Shown one piece after another: positions 43,470-51,982 of a stretch of DNA of 64,000 nt. The stretch is taken from positions 5,847-69,846 of the forward strand of contig QHUJ01000121.1 of NCBI GenBank assembly GCA_003221895.1, written 5' to 3'. Every line of letters begins with the position of its first letter. Positions within the stretch are counted from its first letter, which is position 1. Source of the stretch: Gemmatimonadota bacterium. Its GTDB lineage: Bacteria; Gemmatimonadota; Gemmatimonadetes; Gemmatimonadales; GWC2-71-9. The notes under the pieces are model-generated. The model searched no databases. It had not been told where the DNA came from and saw only the letters and a list, made by a program, of their open reading frames with translations. A program made the position numbers and the translations under genes.

Positions 43470-45901
43470 TAGTGTGGCCGCTCCGCGGTAATAGCCGGTC
43501 GGCCGGGGCTGACTGCCTTTCCGTCCCCACCCTCCCACGGTGTGGGGACTCGCATGGGCTCCGGCCAGGGGATATCCGGAAAGCTCTCCGGACCGTGCCG
43601 CCCGGGCTCGCCTTTCTGCTTTTTCCGCAATGCCTTCAGCACCTTCTCGGGGGTGATCGGGACCTCGTCGATCCGCACGCCGACCGCGTCGTAGACCGCA
43701 TTGGCGACCGCCGGCATCACCGGCAGCAGCGGTCCCTGGCCCACTTCCTTCGCACCAAACGGGCCGTTGGGATCGGGGTCCTCGACCAGATACGTGATGA
43801 CATCGCACATCTCGAGCGTGGTGGGGCTCTTGTACTCGAGCAAGCTCGGGATCTTGTGCACGACGTTGCGGTTGCCGCGGTACGCCATCTCCTCCATCAG
43901 CGCCTCGCCGAGGCCCATGTAGATCGAGCCTTCGACCTGCCCGATGACAGCAGCCGAGTTGATCGAGCGGCCCACATCGTGCGCGATCCAGATCGTCGGG
44001 ACGCGCACAATGCCTGTCTCGGGATCGACGTCCACTGCGGCGACGCAGGCGCTGTACGAGTACGCCGGCGACGGGCCGACGCCGGCGCCGCGATATTTCC
44101 CCGCGCTCATCGGGGGCGTGTAGGAGCCCACGGTCCCAATCGTCCCCTCGGCCGCTTCCGCTGATTGGACGGCTTCCGCAAACGACATCCCGCGTTTGGG
44201 ATCCTTCGCGTCGTAGACGCGACGCTCCGCGAACGACAGCCGGTCGACCGGGATCTCGAGCTTCTTCGCGGCGTGAACGGCGAGGATCTGCCGTGCTCGC
44301 TCGGCCGCCTGCAGCGCGGCGTTGCCGCTCATGAGGGTTACGCGACTCGAGTAGCTGCCGAGATCGACCGGAGTCAAATCGGTGTCGCCAGTGACCACCG
44401 CGATATCGAAGGGATCGATGCCAAGCACTTCGGCCACGATGTAGGCGAGAATCGAATCGGACCCCTGCCCGATCTCCGTCGAGCCACAGAAGACCGTGAC
44501 GCCGCCGCCGCGGTCGCATTTCAGCTGCACGCCCGAATGCGGCATGTTGTTCCAGTAGATCGGCAGGCCGGCGCCGGAGATGTAACTCGAGCACGCGAGC
44601 CCCACGCCCCGCCCGCGCGGCAGCTTGCGGAACTTCTGCTTCCACCCCGAACCCTCGACAACTTTCGCGATGCACTTGCCGAGGCCCATCGATCCGACGC
44701 GCAGGTAGTTTGCGGTGAGTGAGTTGGCCGGCACGAGCGTCTTGAGACGCAGCTCGGCCGGATCGATTCCGAGCTGCTCGGCGATTTTGTCGATATGCAC
44801 TTCGAGCGCAAAACGCGGCTGCGGCGTGCCGTGCCCGCGCTTGGGCCCGCAGGGTGCCTTGTTGGTAAACGCGCGCGCCCCCTGGAAGTGATAGCACGGG
44901 ATGTGGTACGTCACGGTCTGCAGCGCGCCCGTGTAATACGTGCTCGCGACCCCGTACGACCCGTAGGCGCCGCCGTCGAGCAATGACCGGAAATGCATGC
45001 CGGTGATCGCACCGTCTTTCTTCACGCCGGTCCGCACCCACATCAGCGTCGGATGACGCCCGCGATGACAGTAGAAGACTTCCTCGCGGGTCAGCGTGAT
45101 TTTCACGGGCCGTCCCGTGATCATCGCGAGCTTCGCAACCGCGATCTCATGGTTGAAGGGGTCGCTCTTGCCGCCGAAGCCCCCACCGTTGGGAGTTGCG
45201 ATGACGCGAATGCGCGCCGCTGGCAGCTCCAGAACCTTGGCCAGCGCGCGATGCACGTAGTGGGGCGTTTGCGTCGACGTCCACAGCGTGAGCTTTTGAT
45301 CCGGCGACCACATCGCGACGGCGGCATGCTGCTCCATCGGGAGGTGCGTACTCCCTTCGAAGAAGAAGAGATCCTCCCGCACCATGTCGCCCTCGGCGAT
45401 GCCGGCGTTGGCATCGCCGAACTCCAGATCGATGAGTTTGTGGAAGTTGCCGCGGTCGCCGTAGTCGTGAATACGCGGCTCAGGGTGCTCGACAGCTTCC
45501 TCGGCTGAAGCGATGGATTTCAGCGGCTCGTAATCGACCCGGATCAGGTCGGTGGCTGCGGTGGCGGCTTCTTCCGTGAGGGCGGCAACGGCTGCGACAG
45601 GGTCGCCGATGAACCGAGCTTTGTCGATGCAGAGGGCATGCTCGTCCTGCGACACGGGGAGGATGCCGAACGGAATAGGTAGGTCCTGCCCGACGAGCAC
45701 CGCCTGAACCCCATCGAGCTTCGCTGCCGCAGATGTGTCGATGGAGACGATACGTGCGTGGGGTTGTGTGCTACGCAGGAGCTTGCAGAATAGCATGCGC
45801 GGGAACGCGAGGTCGTCGGCGAATTTCGTCGCGCCAGTAACCTTTGCTGCCGCGTCAACCTTGCGAAGCGCTTTCCCGATCACCCTGCGCTTATCTGCCA
45901 T
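43469..45901 (-). CDS. Molybdopterin-binding (large) subunit of a xanthine dehydrogenase / aldehyde oxidoreductase-family enzyme
   Basis: Start was chosen at the ATG at 45901 (MADKRRVIGKALRKVDAAAKVTG). It has an a/b-hammerhead followed by Moco-binding domains (GGGFGGK, a GxEIGQG-type STEIGQGS). About 810 aa. Confidence 0.88.
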   Translation of the reverse strand: MADKRRVIGKALRKVDAAAKVTGATKFADDLAFPRMLFCKLLRSTQPHARIVSIDTSAAAKLDGVQAVLVGQDLPIPFGILPVSQDEHALCIDKARFIGDPVAAVAALTEEAATAATDLIRVDYEPLKSIASAEEAVEHPEPRIHDYGDRGNFHKLIDLEFGDANAGIAEGDMVREDLFFFEGSTHLPMEQHAAVAMWSPDQKLTLWTSTQTPHYVHRALAKVLELPAARIRVIATPNGGGFGGKSDPFNHEIAVAKLAMITGRPVKITLTREEVFYCHRGRHPTLMWVRTGVKKDGAITGMHFRSLLDGGAYGSYGVASTYYTGALQTVTYHIPCYHFQGARAFTNKAPCGPKRGHGTPQPRFALEVHIDKIAEQLGIDPAELRLKTLVPANSLTANYLRVGSMGLGKCIAKVVEGSGWKQKFRKLPRGRGVGLACSSYISGAGLPIYWNNMPHSGVQLKCDRGGGVTVFCGSTEIGQGSDSILAYIVAEVLGIDPFDIAVVTGDTDLTPVDLGSYSSRVTLMSGNAALQAAERARQILAVHAAKKLEIPVDRLSFAERRVYDAKDPKRGMSFAEAVQSAEAAEGTIGTVGSYTPPMSAGKYRGAGVGPSPAYSYSACVAAVDVDPETGIVRVPTIWIAHDVGRSINSAAVIGQVEGSIYMGLGEALMEEMAYRGNRNVVHKIPSLLEYKSPTTLEMCDVITYLVEDPDPNGPFGAKEVGQGPLLPVMPAVANAVYDAVGVRIDEVPITPEKVLKALRKKQKGEPGRHGPESFPDIPWPEPMRVPTPWEGGDGKAVSPGRPAITAERPH

Positions 45902-46418
45902 ATAGCGACTCGGTCGTGGGTTCTGCTTTTTCCCCCCGCATCCGGGCGGCTGCGAGCTCCACCGCCTCGTAGATCTTGATGTAGCCGGTGCAGCGGCAGA
46001 GGTTGCCGGCGAGCGCGTCCTTGATCTCTTCACGTGTCGGCTTCGGATTGGCGGCGAGCAGGGCTTCAGCGGCTAGCAGGAAGGCCGGGGTACAGTAGCC
46101 GCACTGCGCCGCGCCGAGGTCTGCGAACGTGTCCTGGAGCGGATGGAGTTTGCCGCCCTGCGCCATGCCTTCCACGGTGCGCACCGTGCGGCCGGCGCAC
46201 GCGAGACCCAGCACGAGGCAGGAAAGCACCGGTGTTCCGTCGAGTAACACCGTGCATGTGCCGCACTCGCCCAGCTCGCAGCCATGCTTCGTTCCTGTCA
46301 GCCCGAGATCCTCCCGCAGCACCTCAAGCAGCGTCTTGTGCGGCGCGAACGCGATCTCGGTCGGCTCGCCGTTCACGGCAAGCGCGATCTTGACCTTCGA
46401 TTCGGAAGTCATGGTCAC
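45891..46418 (-). CDS. [2Fe-2S]-binding (small) subunit of the same molybdoenzyme
   Basis: Has a plant-type cluster (CELGECGTCTV) and a second cluster (QCGYCTPAF...NLCRCTGY). Confidence 0.92.
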   Translation of the reverse strand: MTMTSESKVKIALAVNGEPTEIAFAPHKTLLEVLREDLGLTGTKHGCELGECGTCTVLLDGTPVLSCLVLGLACAGRTVRTVEGMAQGGKLHPLQDTFADLGAAQCGYCTPAFLLAAEALLAANPKPTREEIKDALAGNLCRCTGYIKIYEAVELAAARMRGEKAEPTTESLYGR

Positions 46419-46463
46419 ATCGTAATCTTGATAAGAGGTAGGGGCGGCGCCAGCTTGTTGCCC

Positions 46464-47669
46464 ATGACAAAACTCATTTCACTCGCGGCCGTCGTCTCCA
46501 TCGTATTGACGTCTCCGCTCGCGGCGCAGGACTACCGGGCCCAGGCCATTCGCATCCTGCGTACTGTGCCTTTGATAGACGGTCACAACGACATCCCCGA
46601 TGCGGTGCGCGAGCGCGGTGGCCCCGACTCGGTCAACCTCGCCGTGAGCCAGCCGAAGCTGATGACCGACATCCCGCGGCTCCGTGCCGGCCACGTGGGT
46701 GGTCAGTTCTGGGCGGCGTATGTGCCGGTGAGCACGATACACGAAGGCGAGCACCCCGCGGTGTATGCATTGGAGCAGATCGACCTGGTGTACCGGCTGT
46801 GCGGCAGGTATCCCGCGACCTTCGCGATGGCCCGTACCGCCGCGGACGTCGAGCGGAACTTCAAGGCGGGCAAGATCTCGTGCCTGATCGGCATCGAAGG
46901 CGGCCATGCGATCGAGAATTCCCTGGGCGCGCTGCGCGCGTTCGCGCAGCTCGGCGTGCGCTACATGACGCTGACCCATTGGGAGACGATCGACTGGGCC
47001 GACGCGGCGACCGACAGCGCGAAACACAACGGGTTGACGACGTTTGGCGAGGCCGTGGTGCGGGAGATGAACCGGGTGGGCATGCTCGTCGATCTCTCGC
47101 ACGTCTCGGACGCCACGATGATGGATGCGCTGCGTGTGTCGCGCGCGCCGGTGATCTTCTCGCACTCATCCGCCCGCGCGCTCGACAACCACGTGCGCAA
47201 CGTCCCCGATTCGATTCTCACGCTGCTCGCGAAGAACGGCGGCGTCGTGATGACGAACTTCGCGCCCGACTACGTCTCGGAGTCGCTGCGGGTGTACGAC
47301 GACAGCCTACAAAAGAGGACGGCGCGGCTGCGCGCGGCGGGGCTGGATTCGGTGGCCGTTCGTGATTCGGTCAATGCCTGGCAGGCTGCGGGCCCAAAAG
47401 CGACGCTCGCCCAGGTCGCCGATCACGTCGAATACTTGCGCAAGGTGGCCGGCGTGGATCATGTCGGCATCGGCTCCGACTTCGACGGTATATCCAGCGT
47501 CCCGGTCGGACTCCAAGACGTGTCCAAATTCCCCGACCTGGTCGCGGAGCTGCTACGCCGCGGCTGGACCGAGGTTGACGTGAAGAAAGTGGCGGGGCTG
47601 AATACGCTGCGGGTGTTGCGGGAGGCTGAGCGAGTCGCGGGGGAGATGCAACGCCAACCGGAACGGTAG
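46464..47669 (+). CDS. M19 membrane dipeptidase family protein, secreted
   Basis: The ATG at 46464 gives the signal MTKLISLAAVVSIVLTSPLAAQ. Motifs are IDGHNDIP, GIEGGHAIE, DLSHVS and FSHSSARAL. Confidence 0.88.
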   Translation: MTKLISLAAVVSIVLTSPLAAQDYRAQAIRILRTVPLIDGHNDIPDAVRERGGPDSVNLAVSQPKLMTDIPRLRAGHVGGQFWAAYVPVSTIHEGEHPAVYALEQIDLVYRLCGRYPATFAMARTAADVERNFKAGKISCLIGIEGGHAIENSLGALRAFAQLGVRYMTLTHWETIDWADAATDSAKHNGLTTFGEAVVREMNRVGMLVDLSHVSDATMMDALRVSRAPVIFSHSSARALDNHVRNVPDSILTLLAKNGGVVMTNFAPDYVSESLRVYDDSLQKRTARLRAAGLDSVAVRDSVNAWQAAGPKATLAQVADHVEYLRKVAGVDHVGIGSDFDGISSVPVGLQDVSKFPDLVAELLRRGWTEVDVKKVAGLNTLRVLREAERVAGEMQRQPER

Positions 47670-47725
47670 ACAGTCGCTGTCCGTGGCGCCATGTTTTCAC
47701 AGGCTCATTCCGCGAGGTCGAGAAG

Positions 47726-48688
47726 ATGAGACGGCCCGCACAAGCAGTGATCGTGCACGGCGTGGTGGGCGGACTCCTCGCTGGACTCGTCGTCGTGCTG
47801 TGGTTCCTCGTTGCGGACTCACTGGCAGGGTATCCCTTCCTGACGCCCCGGCTGCTCGCCGGCATGCTCTTGAACAAGGATTTCGTGCACGTCACGCCCG
47901 GGCTCGTCGTCGCTTACACCGTGCTGCATTTCGGGGTCTTCGCAATCCTGGGCGTTGGTATGGCGTGGGTGAGCGCGACGTTGGCGGCGCCTGCTCGAGT
48001 CCTCCTCGGTCTACTCTTCGGGTTGCTCCTTCAGGAAGTCGTGTTTTACGCCGGCCTCCTTCTGTTTCGGGCGCCGCAGCTGGGTGTGATTCCCTGGCCG
48101 CACGTCGTCGGTGCGAATGTCGCCGCCGGGCTGGTGCTCATGGGGTACCTGCACTACGCGGAACACGATCCACGACCCCTGGGGCTTGCTGCTCTCCATG
48201 CGCCGCCCGTCGTGTCGCGCGGCGTGATCAACGGGCTCATTGGAGCGGCCGTTGTCGCCGCCTGGTTCTTCATCCTGGATCTCGTTAGGGGCACTCCGTT
48301 TCGTACGCCCGCGGCGCTTGCCTCCGCGCTGTTGATCGGTGGTGCCGGACCGGGAGACATCGTTGTCACGTTCGGCCTGGTCGCGGCGTACACGGTCGTG
48401 CACATCGTCGCCTTCGCGATTGCCGGAGTGGTTTTCGTTGCGTTGGCGGAGCAGGCCGAGCGCGCTCCCGCGATGAGCTTGCTCGTGTTACTCACCGCGA
48501 TTCTGCTCGATGGCCTGGTTCTCGCTACGTTGGGTGTAGGCGCCCAATGGGTTCTGGGGACGATCGGATCGTGGTCGGTAGTCGTTGCGAACTTCCTCGC
48601 CGTGCTGGCGATGGGCTGGCACGTATGGCGGACTCACCCTCTGCTACAACACCGGCTGCTGGAGGAACACCCACAGCTGCACGTTTAG
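47726..48688 (+). CDS. Hypothetical polytopic membrane protein built from two homologous ~150-aa, 4-TM halves
   Basis: The halves align by eye. GYPFLTP matches GTPFRTP, VAYTVLHFGVFAILG matches AAYTVVHIVAFAIAG, and VVGANVAAGLVLMGY matches VVVANFLAVLAMGW. No family was recognised. Confidence 0.6.
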   Translation: MRRPAQAVIVHGVVGGLLAGLVVVLWFLVADSLAGYPFLTPRLLAGMLLNKDFVHVTPGLVVAYTVLHFGVFAILGVGMAWVSATLAAPARVLLGLLFGLLLQEVVFYAGLLLFRAPQLGVIPWPHVVGANVAAGLVLMGYLHYAEHDPRPLGLAALHAPPVVSRGVINGLIGAAVVAAWFFILDLVRGTPFRTPAALASALLIGGAGPGDIVVTFGLVAAYTVVHIVAFAIAGVVFVALAEQAERAPAMSLLVLLTAILLDGLVLATLGVGAQWVLGTIGSWSVVVANFLAVLAMGWHVWRTHPLLQHRLLEEHPQLHV

Positions 48689-48782
48689 GGTGATTGACCG
48701 ATTGCGGATTCCCGAAGCCGAGCCTGCCTCGCATCGCGCATGACCTCGCTCGCCTCGTGAGCGACGTCACGCCCGCGCCGTA

Positions 48783-50918
48783 TCAGAACGCGCGTTCCAG
48801 CCCCAGCGCGACACCGCCGCGGGTCAGAATCGGCTGCGAATGCGTATACGTGGCATCGAGCCGCAGCTTCAAGCCGTTGGGCACGGTGTACCGAAATCCC
48901 GCTCCCGCGCTCCACGTGTCGAGCGACTGGATGGCTGTGCCGTTGAAAAAACTCTCCTGGCCACCGGACGCGAGAATGGACACCGCCGTCCGCGCGCCGA
49001 CCGCGCGCAGCGCTTGCAGCGATATCGCGAGATCGGTTTCCTGGGTCGGGCTATGCGAGATGAAGCCGCGTACGTTCCACGTCATCCGCGTCGACTCGAT
49101 GGTCGCGTGCGGCATGAACATGTCGACGGGGCCGACCGGATAGTTCCAATGCCGATACCCCGCGCCGACAGAAGCCCGCCGGGCAACGAGTCCCGCGACA
49201 TCGGCTTCCCAGGTGTTCGACGGCAGGAAGACCGGCTGGTGCGCCGTGCCCGCCTCGCCCGTGATCCACAGTTTCTGCCCGGGATGCCAGACGCCACCGA
49301 TGCGCTCGGTGACATCGACCTCCCCAAACCGGCCGACAACCTCGACGGCGGCCCATCCCCCATGCCCCTGCGGCGACATGACCGTAAGCTGCGCGCCCAA
49401 CGTGGACCAATCCTGGCTGTCGGTCACCTTCTCGTACGAGCTCCAGGCGCCGACGCGAAGATTCTGTCCCCGGCACGGCGCGGCGAGACACACCGCGAGC
49501 AGCGCCGCGATGCTCGTCTTGCCGAAGCCCTTGCGCGTCATGTCGCCCCACACCTGGGTGCGGCGCCACACGCTGACGAAGGCTTTGAGGCGCCACCACA
49601 CCGTGCATTGCCGGAAGCCGAAGTTTTCCAGTCCTGCGAAGAGCAGCAACCGGAATAGATCGCCAAAGCGCCGATAGCGACGGAAACTCACTTCCTCCAG
49701 CACGACGGCCCAGATCGAGAGCAGCATCCCGTAGCCCCAGGCGACCAGCACGAACAGCAGCGCGAACGAGACGTTCACCATGCCGAAGGCCAATCCGACA
49801 GCGGTGATCACGTAGCCGAGCAGCTCGATGAGCGGCGCCAGCATTTCGCCGAACGCGAAGAACGGCATCGCGAACAGGCCGACGCGGCCGTAGCGGGGAT
49901 TGAACAACATCGTCTTGTACCGCCACATCGCGGCGATCAGACCGCGATGCCAGCGCTCCCGCTGGCGTGACAGTACGGCCATCGATTCGGGGACCTCGGT
50001 CCAGGCGACGGGATCGGGAATGAACGGCATTTCGTACTTGATCCCGTTGAGCCGCAGATAGCGGTGCATGCGGACGACCAGGTCGAGGTCCTCGACAATG
50101 CTCGAGGTTTGATAGCCGCCGACCGCCATCACGTACTCCTTGCGAAACAGCCCGAACGCCCCCGAGATGATGAGATTGCCGCCGAGGCGGTTCCATCCCA
50201 GGCGCCCGAACAGAAACGCGCGCAGATACTCGACCACCTGGATTCCCGGGAGCAGCTTGGTCGGCACGCGCGCGTCAGTCACACGGCCGTCTTTCACCGT
50301 GCAGTTGTTCGCGACGCGGACGGTGCCCCCGACCGCGGCGATTTCACGACCCAGCAGGAACGGCCGCGTGAGGCGCAGCAGCGCGTCGGGCTCGATCAGC
50401 GTGTCGGCATCGATGGCGATGACGAGCGGGAAGCGGCTGGCGTTGATGGCGGCGTTCAGGGAATCGGCCTTCCCGCCGTTTTCCTTGTCGAGCACCAGCA
50501 GGCGCGAGCGCGACCGCGAGCGGTACAGCGCGCGGAGCGGCTGTGTGGGAATCGTTTCCGGATAGATGCGCGGGATCTCGTACAAATCGAACGCTTCACG
50601 CAGCCGCTCGATCGTATCGTCCTTCGAGCCGTCGTTCACGACGACGACTTCGTAGTTGCGATACTCGAGCGTGAGAATCGCGGTGACACTCGCCTCGATC
50701 GTTGCAGACTCGTTGTACGCCGGCACGAGGATCGTAATCGGCGGCAGCGCATCGCTCTGCATGAGACGCTGGAAGTCCTCGTCTTCGGCGAGGCGCGTTT
50801 GCTCCCAGATCTCGGGGATCGAGAGCAGCAGCAGCAGCGCATAGAACGAGTTGAGGACGAGGAAATACACCAGAATGGTGACATCCGTCGTCCCAATCAC
50901 CGGGGCGAGCGTGCTCAT
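48783..50918 (-). CDS. Processive family-2 glycosyltransferase (PgaC/IcaA/BcsA-like synthase) fused in frame to a ~250-aa outer-membrane-type (YaiO-like?) beta-barrel domain
   Basis: Start was chosen at the ATG at 50918 (MSTLAPV...), an ATGA overlap with the HEAT gene. GT2 motifs are ILVPAYNES, VVNDGSKDDT, NGGKADSLN, IDADT, SGAFGLFRK, VEDLDL and QRERW. After the last TM region come MTRKGFGKTSIAALLAVCLAAPCRGQ and a beta-rich domain ending ...GLERAF. Confidence 0.8.
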   Translation of the reverse strand: MSTLAPVIGTTDVTILVYFLVLNSFYALLLLLSIPEIWEQTRLAEDEDFQRLMQSDALPPITILVPAYNESATIEASVTAILTLEYRNYEVVVVNDGSKDDTIERLREAFDLYEIPRIYPETIPTQPLRALYRSRSRSRLLVLDKENGGKADSLNAAINASRFPLVIAIDADTLIEPDALLRLTRPFLLGREIAAVGGTVRVANNCTVKDGRVTDARVPTKLLPGIQVVEYLRAFLFGRLGWNRLGGNLIISGAFGLFRKEYVMAVGGYQTSSIVEDLDLVVRMHRYLRLNGIKYEMPFIPDPVAWTEVPESMAVLSRQRERWHRGLIAAMWRYKTMLFNPRYGRVGLFAMPFFAFGEMLAPLIELLGYVITAVGLAFGMVNVSFALLFVLVAWGYGMLLSIWAVVLEEVSFRRYRRFGDLFRLLLFAGLENFGFRQCTVWWRLKAFVSVWRRTQVWGDMTRKGFGKTSIAALLAVCLAAPCRGQNLRVGAWSSYEKVTDSQDWSTLGAQLTVMSPQGHGGWAAVEVVGRFGEVDVTERIGGVWHPGQKLWITGEAGTAHQPVFLPSNTWEADVAGLVARRASVGAGYRHWNYPVGPVDMFMPHATIESTRMTWNVRGFISHSPTQETDLAISLQALRAVGARTAVSILASGGQESFFNGTAIQSLDTWSAGAGFRYTVPNGLKLRLDATYTHSQPILTRGGVALGLERAF

Positions 50919-51982
50919 GCTGCAAACTCCGCGAGCGCCTGCGCCGGTAATCCCAGCACCATCTTGGCCGTCGCGCGGGCGTACGGGTCGCTCCCGACTT
51001 CGGCCTCGAGCAGCGCGTTCCGGCCCACTGCCGCGAAGCGCATCAACGCGAGCGCCGCGCGCAGCCGGACCCACCAGACATCGTCCCGCAGCGCGGCTTT
51101 CACGAGGGGGAGTGTGTTGACGTCGCCGATCATCCCCAGCGAGCGCGCCGCCTGCGCCCGGACGGGCCAGGAGCCGTCAGCGATCAGCCGCGTGAGCGCC
51201 GCCACGGACTCCCGGTGCGGGAAGGTGCCCAGCGAGCGCGCCGCCTGGACGCGAACTTCCGGATTGGGGTGATCGGCCAGCGCCGTGAGGCGCTCGCGCA
51301 GCGCCGGCTCACCGAGCCGTGCCGCGAACTCGGCGAGCCGCGCCAGTCCAGGGTCTTCGCTGCGGCGCAGTCGCTTCTGCAGATGCTCGACGACGACAGG
51401 CCGGGAGCGCAGCAACATGGCTGCGTAATACGCCTGAACCGTTGGCGCGAGCTTGGGGAGACGCTCCAAGGCCGTCAGCGTCAGCGCTGTGTTCTCCATG
51501 CGCTCGAGGCAGGCGACGGCGGCGACGTGCACCGCCGGGTGCGGGTCATTGATGAGGCGCGTGAGCCGGGCGGCGTCCTGCGGCATCGCCGCAACGCTGA
51601 GAAAGCGGGCGCACTCGAGCCGCTTCCACCACCGCGCGGAGCTGCTGTTGCTGCGCACCAGACGCGCCCACCAGTTGTGCTCGAGGGCGAGCGCCAGCTG
51701 GCGCCAGCGCTCGCCCGGGACGCGCGCGGACCATTTGACGAGCGCATCGATCGCGAGCGGCACGGGAAGCCGGGACAGGCCGACGAGCACCCCCGCAAGC
51801 GGAGCGGTGCCGGCCGCCCAGCGACGCATCGAGGCATCGACCGCCTCACGCCGTGGATTGAGCCGGGTGCTGCGTCGCACCCGGAACCAGCGGTTCAGCA
51901 CGATGAGGACGATGAGCGCGCCGAGCAGGCCGCCCTGCACGATCGCCACCACGATGAGGAACTGTCGGGGCGACGCGATCAT
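50915..51982 (-). CDS. Membrane-anchored HEAT-repeat protein
   Basis: The ATG at 51982 overlaps the upstream stop (ATGA). An N-terminal TM helix (FLIVVAIVQGGLLGALIVLIVL) is followed by HEAT/PBS-lyase-like repeats (DPHPAVHVAAVACL, HPNPEVRVQAARSLG, GSWPVRAQAARSLG, DVWWVRLRAALAL). Confidence 0.75.
   Translation of the reverse strand: MIASPRQFLIVVAIVQGGLLGALIVLIVLNRWFRVRRSTRLNPRREAVDASMRRWAAGTAPLAGVLVGLSRLPVPLAIDALVKWSARVPGERWRQLALALEHNWWARLVRSNSSSARWWKRLECARFLSVAAMPQDAARLTRLINDPHPAVHVAAVACLERMENTALTLTALERLPKLAPTVQAYYAAMLLRSRPVVVEHLQKRLRRSEDPGLARLAEFAARLGEPALRERLTALADHPNPEVRVQAARSLGTFPHRESVAALTRLIADGSWPVRAQAARSLGMIGDVNTLPLVKAALRDDVWWVRLRAALALMRFAAVGRNALLEAEVGSDPYARATAKMVLGLPAQALAEFAA

Noticed and set aside
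43470-45041. The N-terminal ~520 aa of the 853-aa ORF 42480-45041.
   Set aside because: This part lies in an alternative frame of the molybdopterin large-subunit gene and is compositionally junk. Only the C-terminal 329 aa, from the GTG at 43469, form the FAD-binding subunit.
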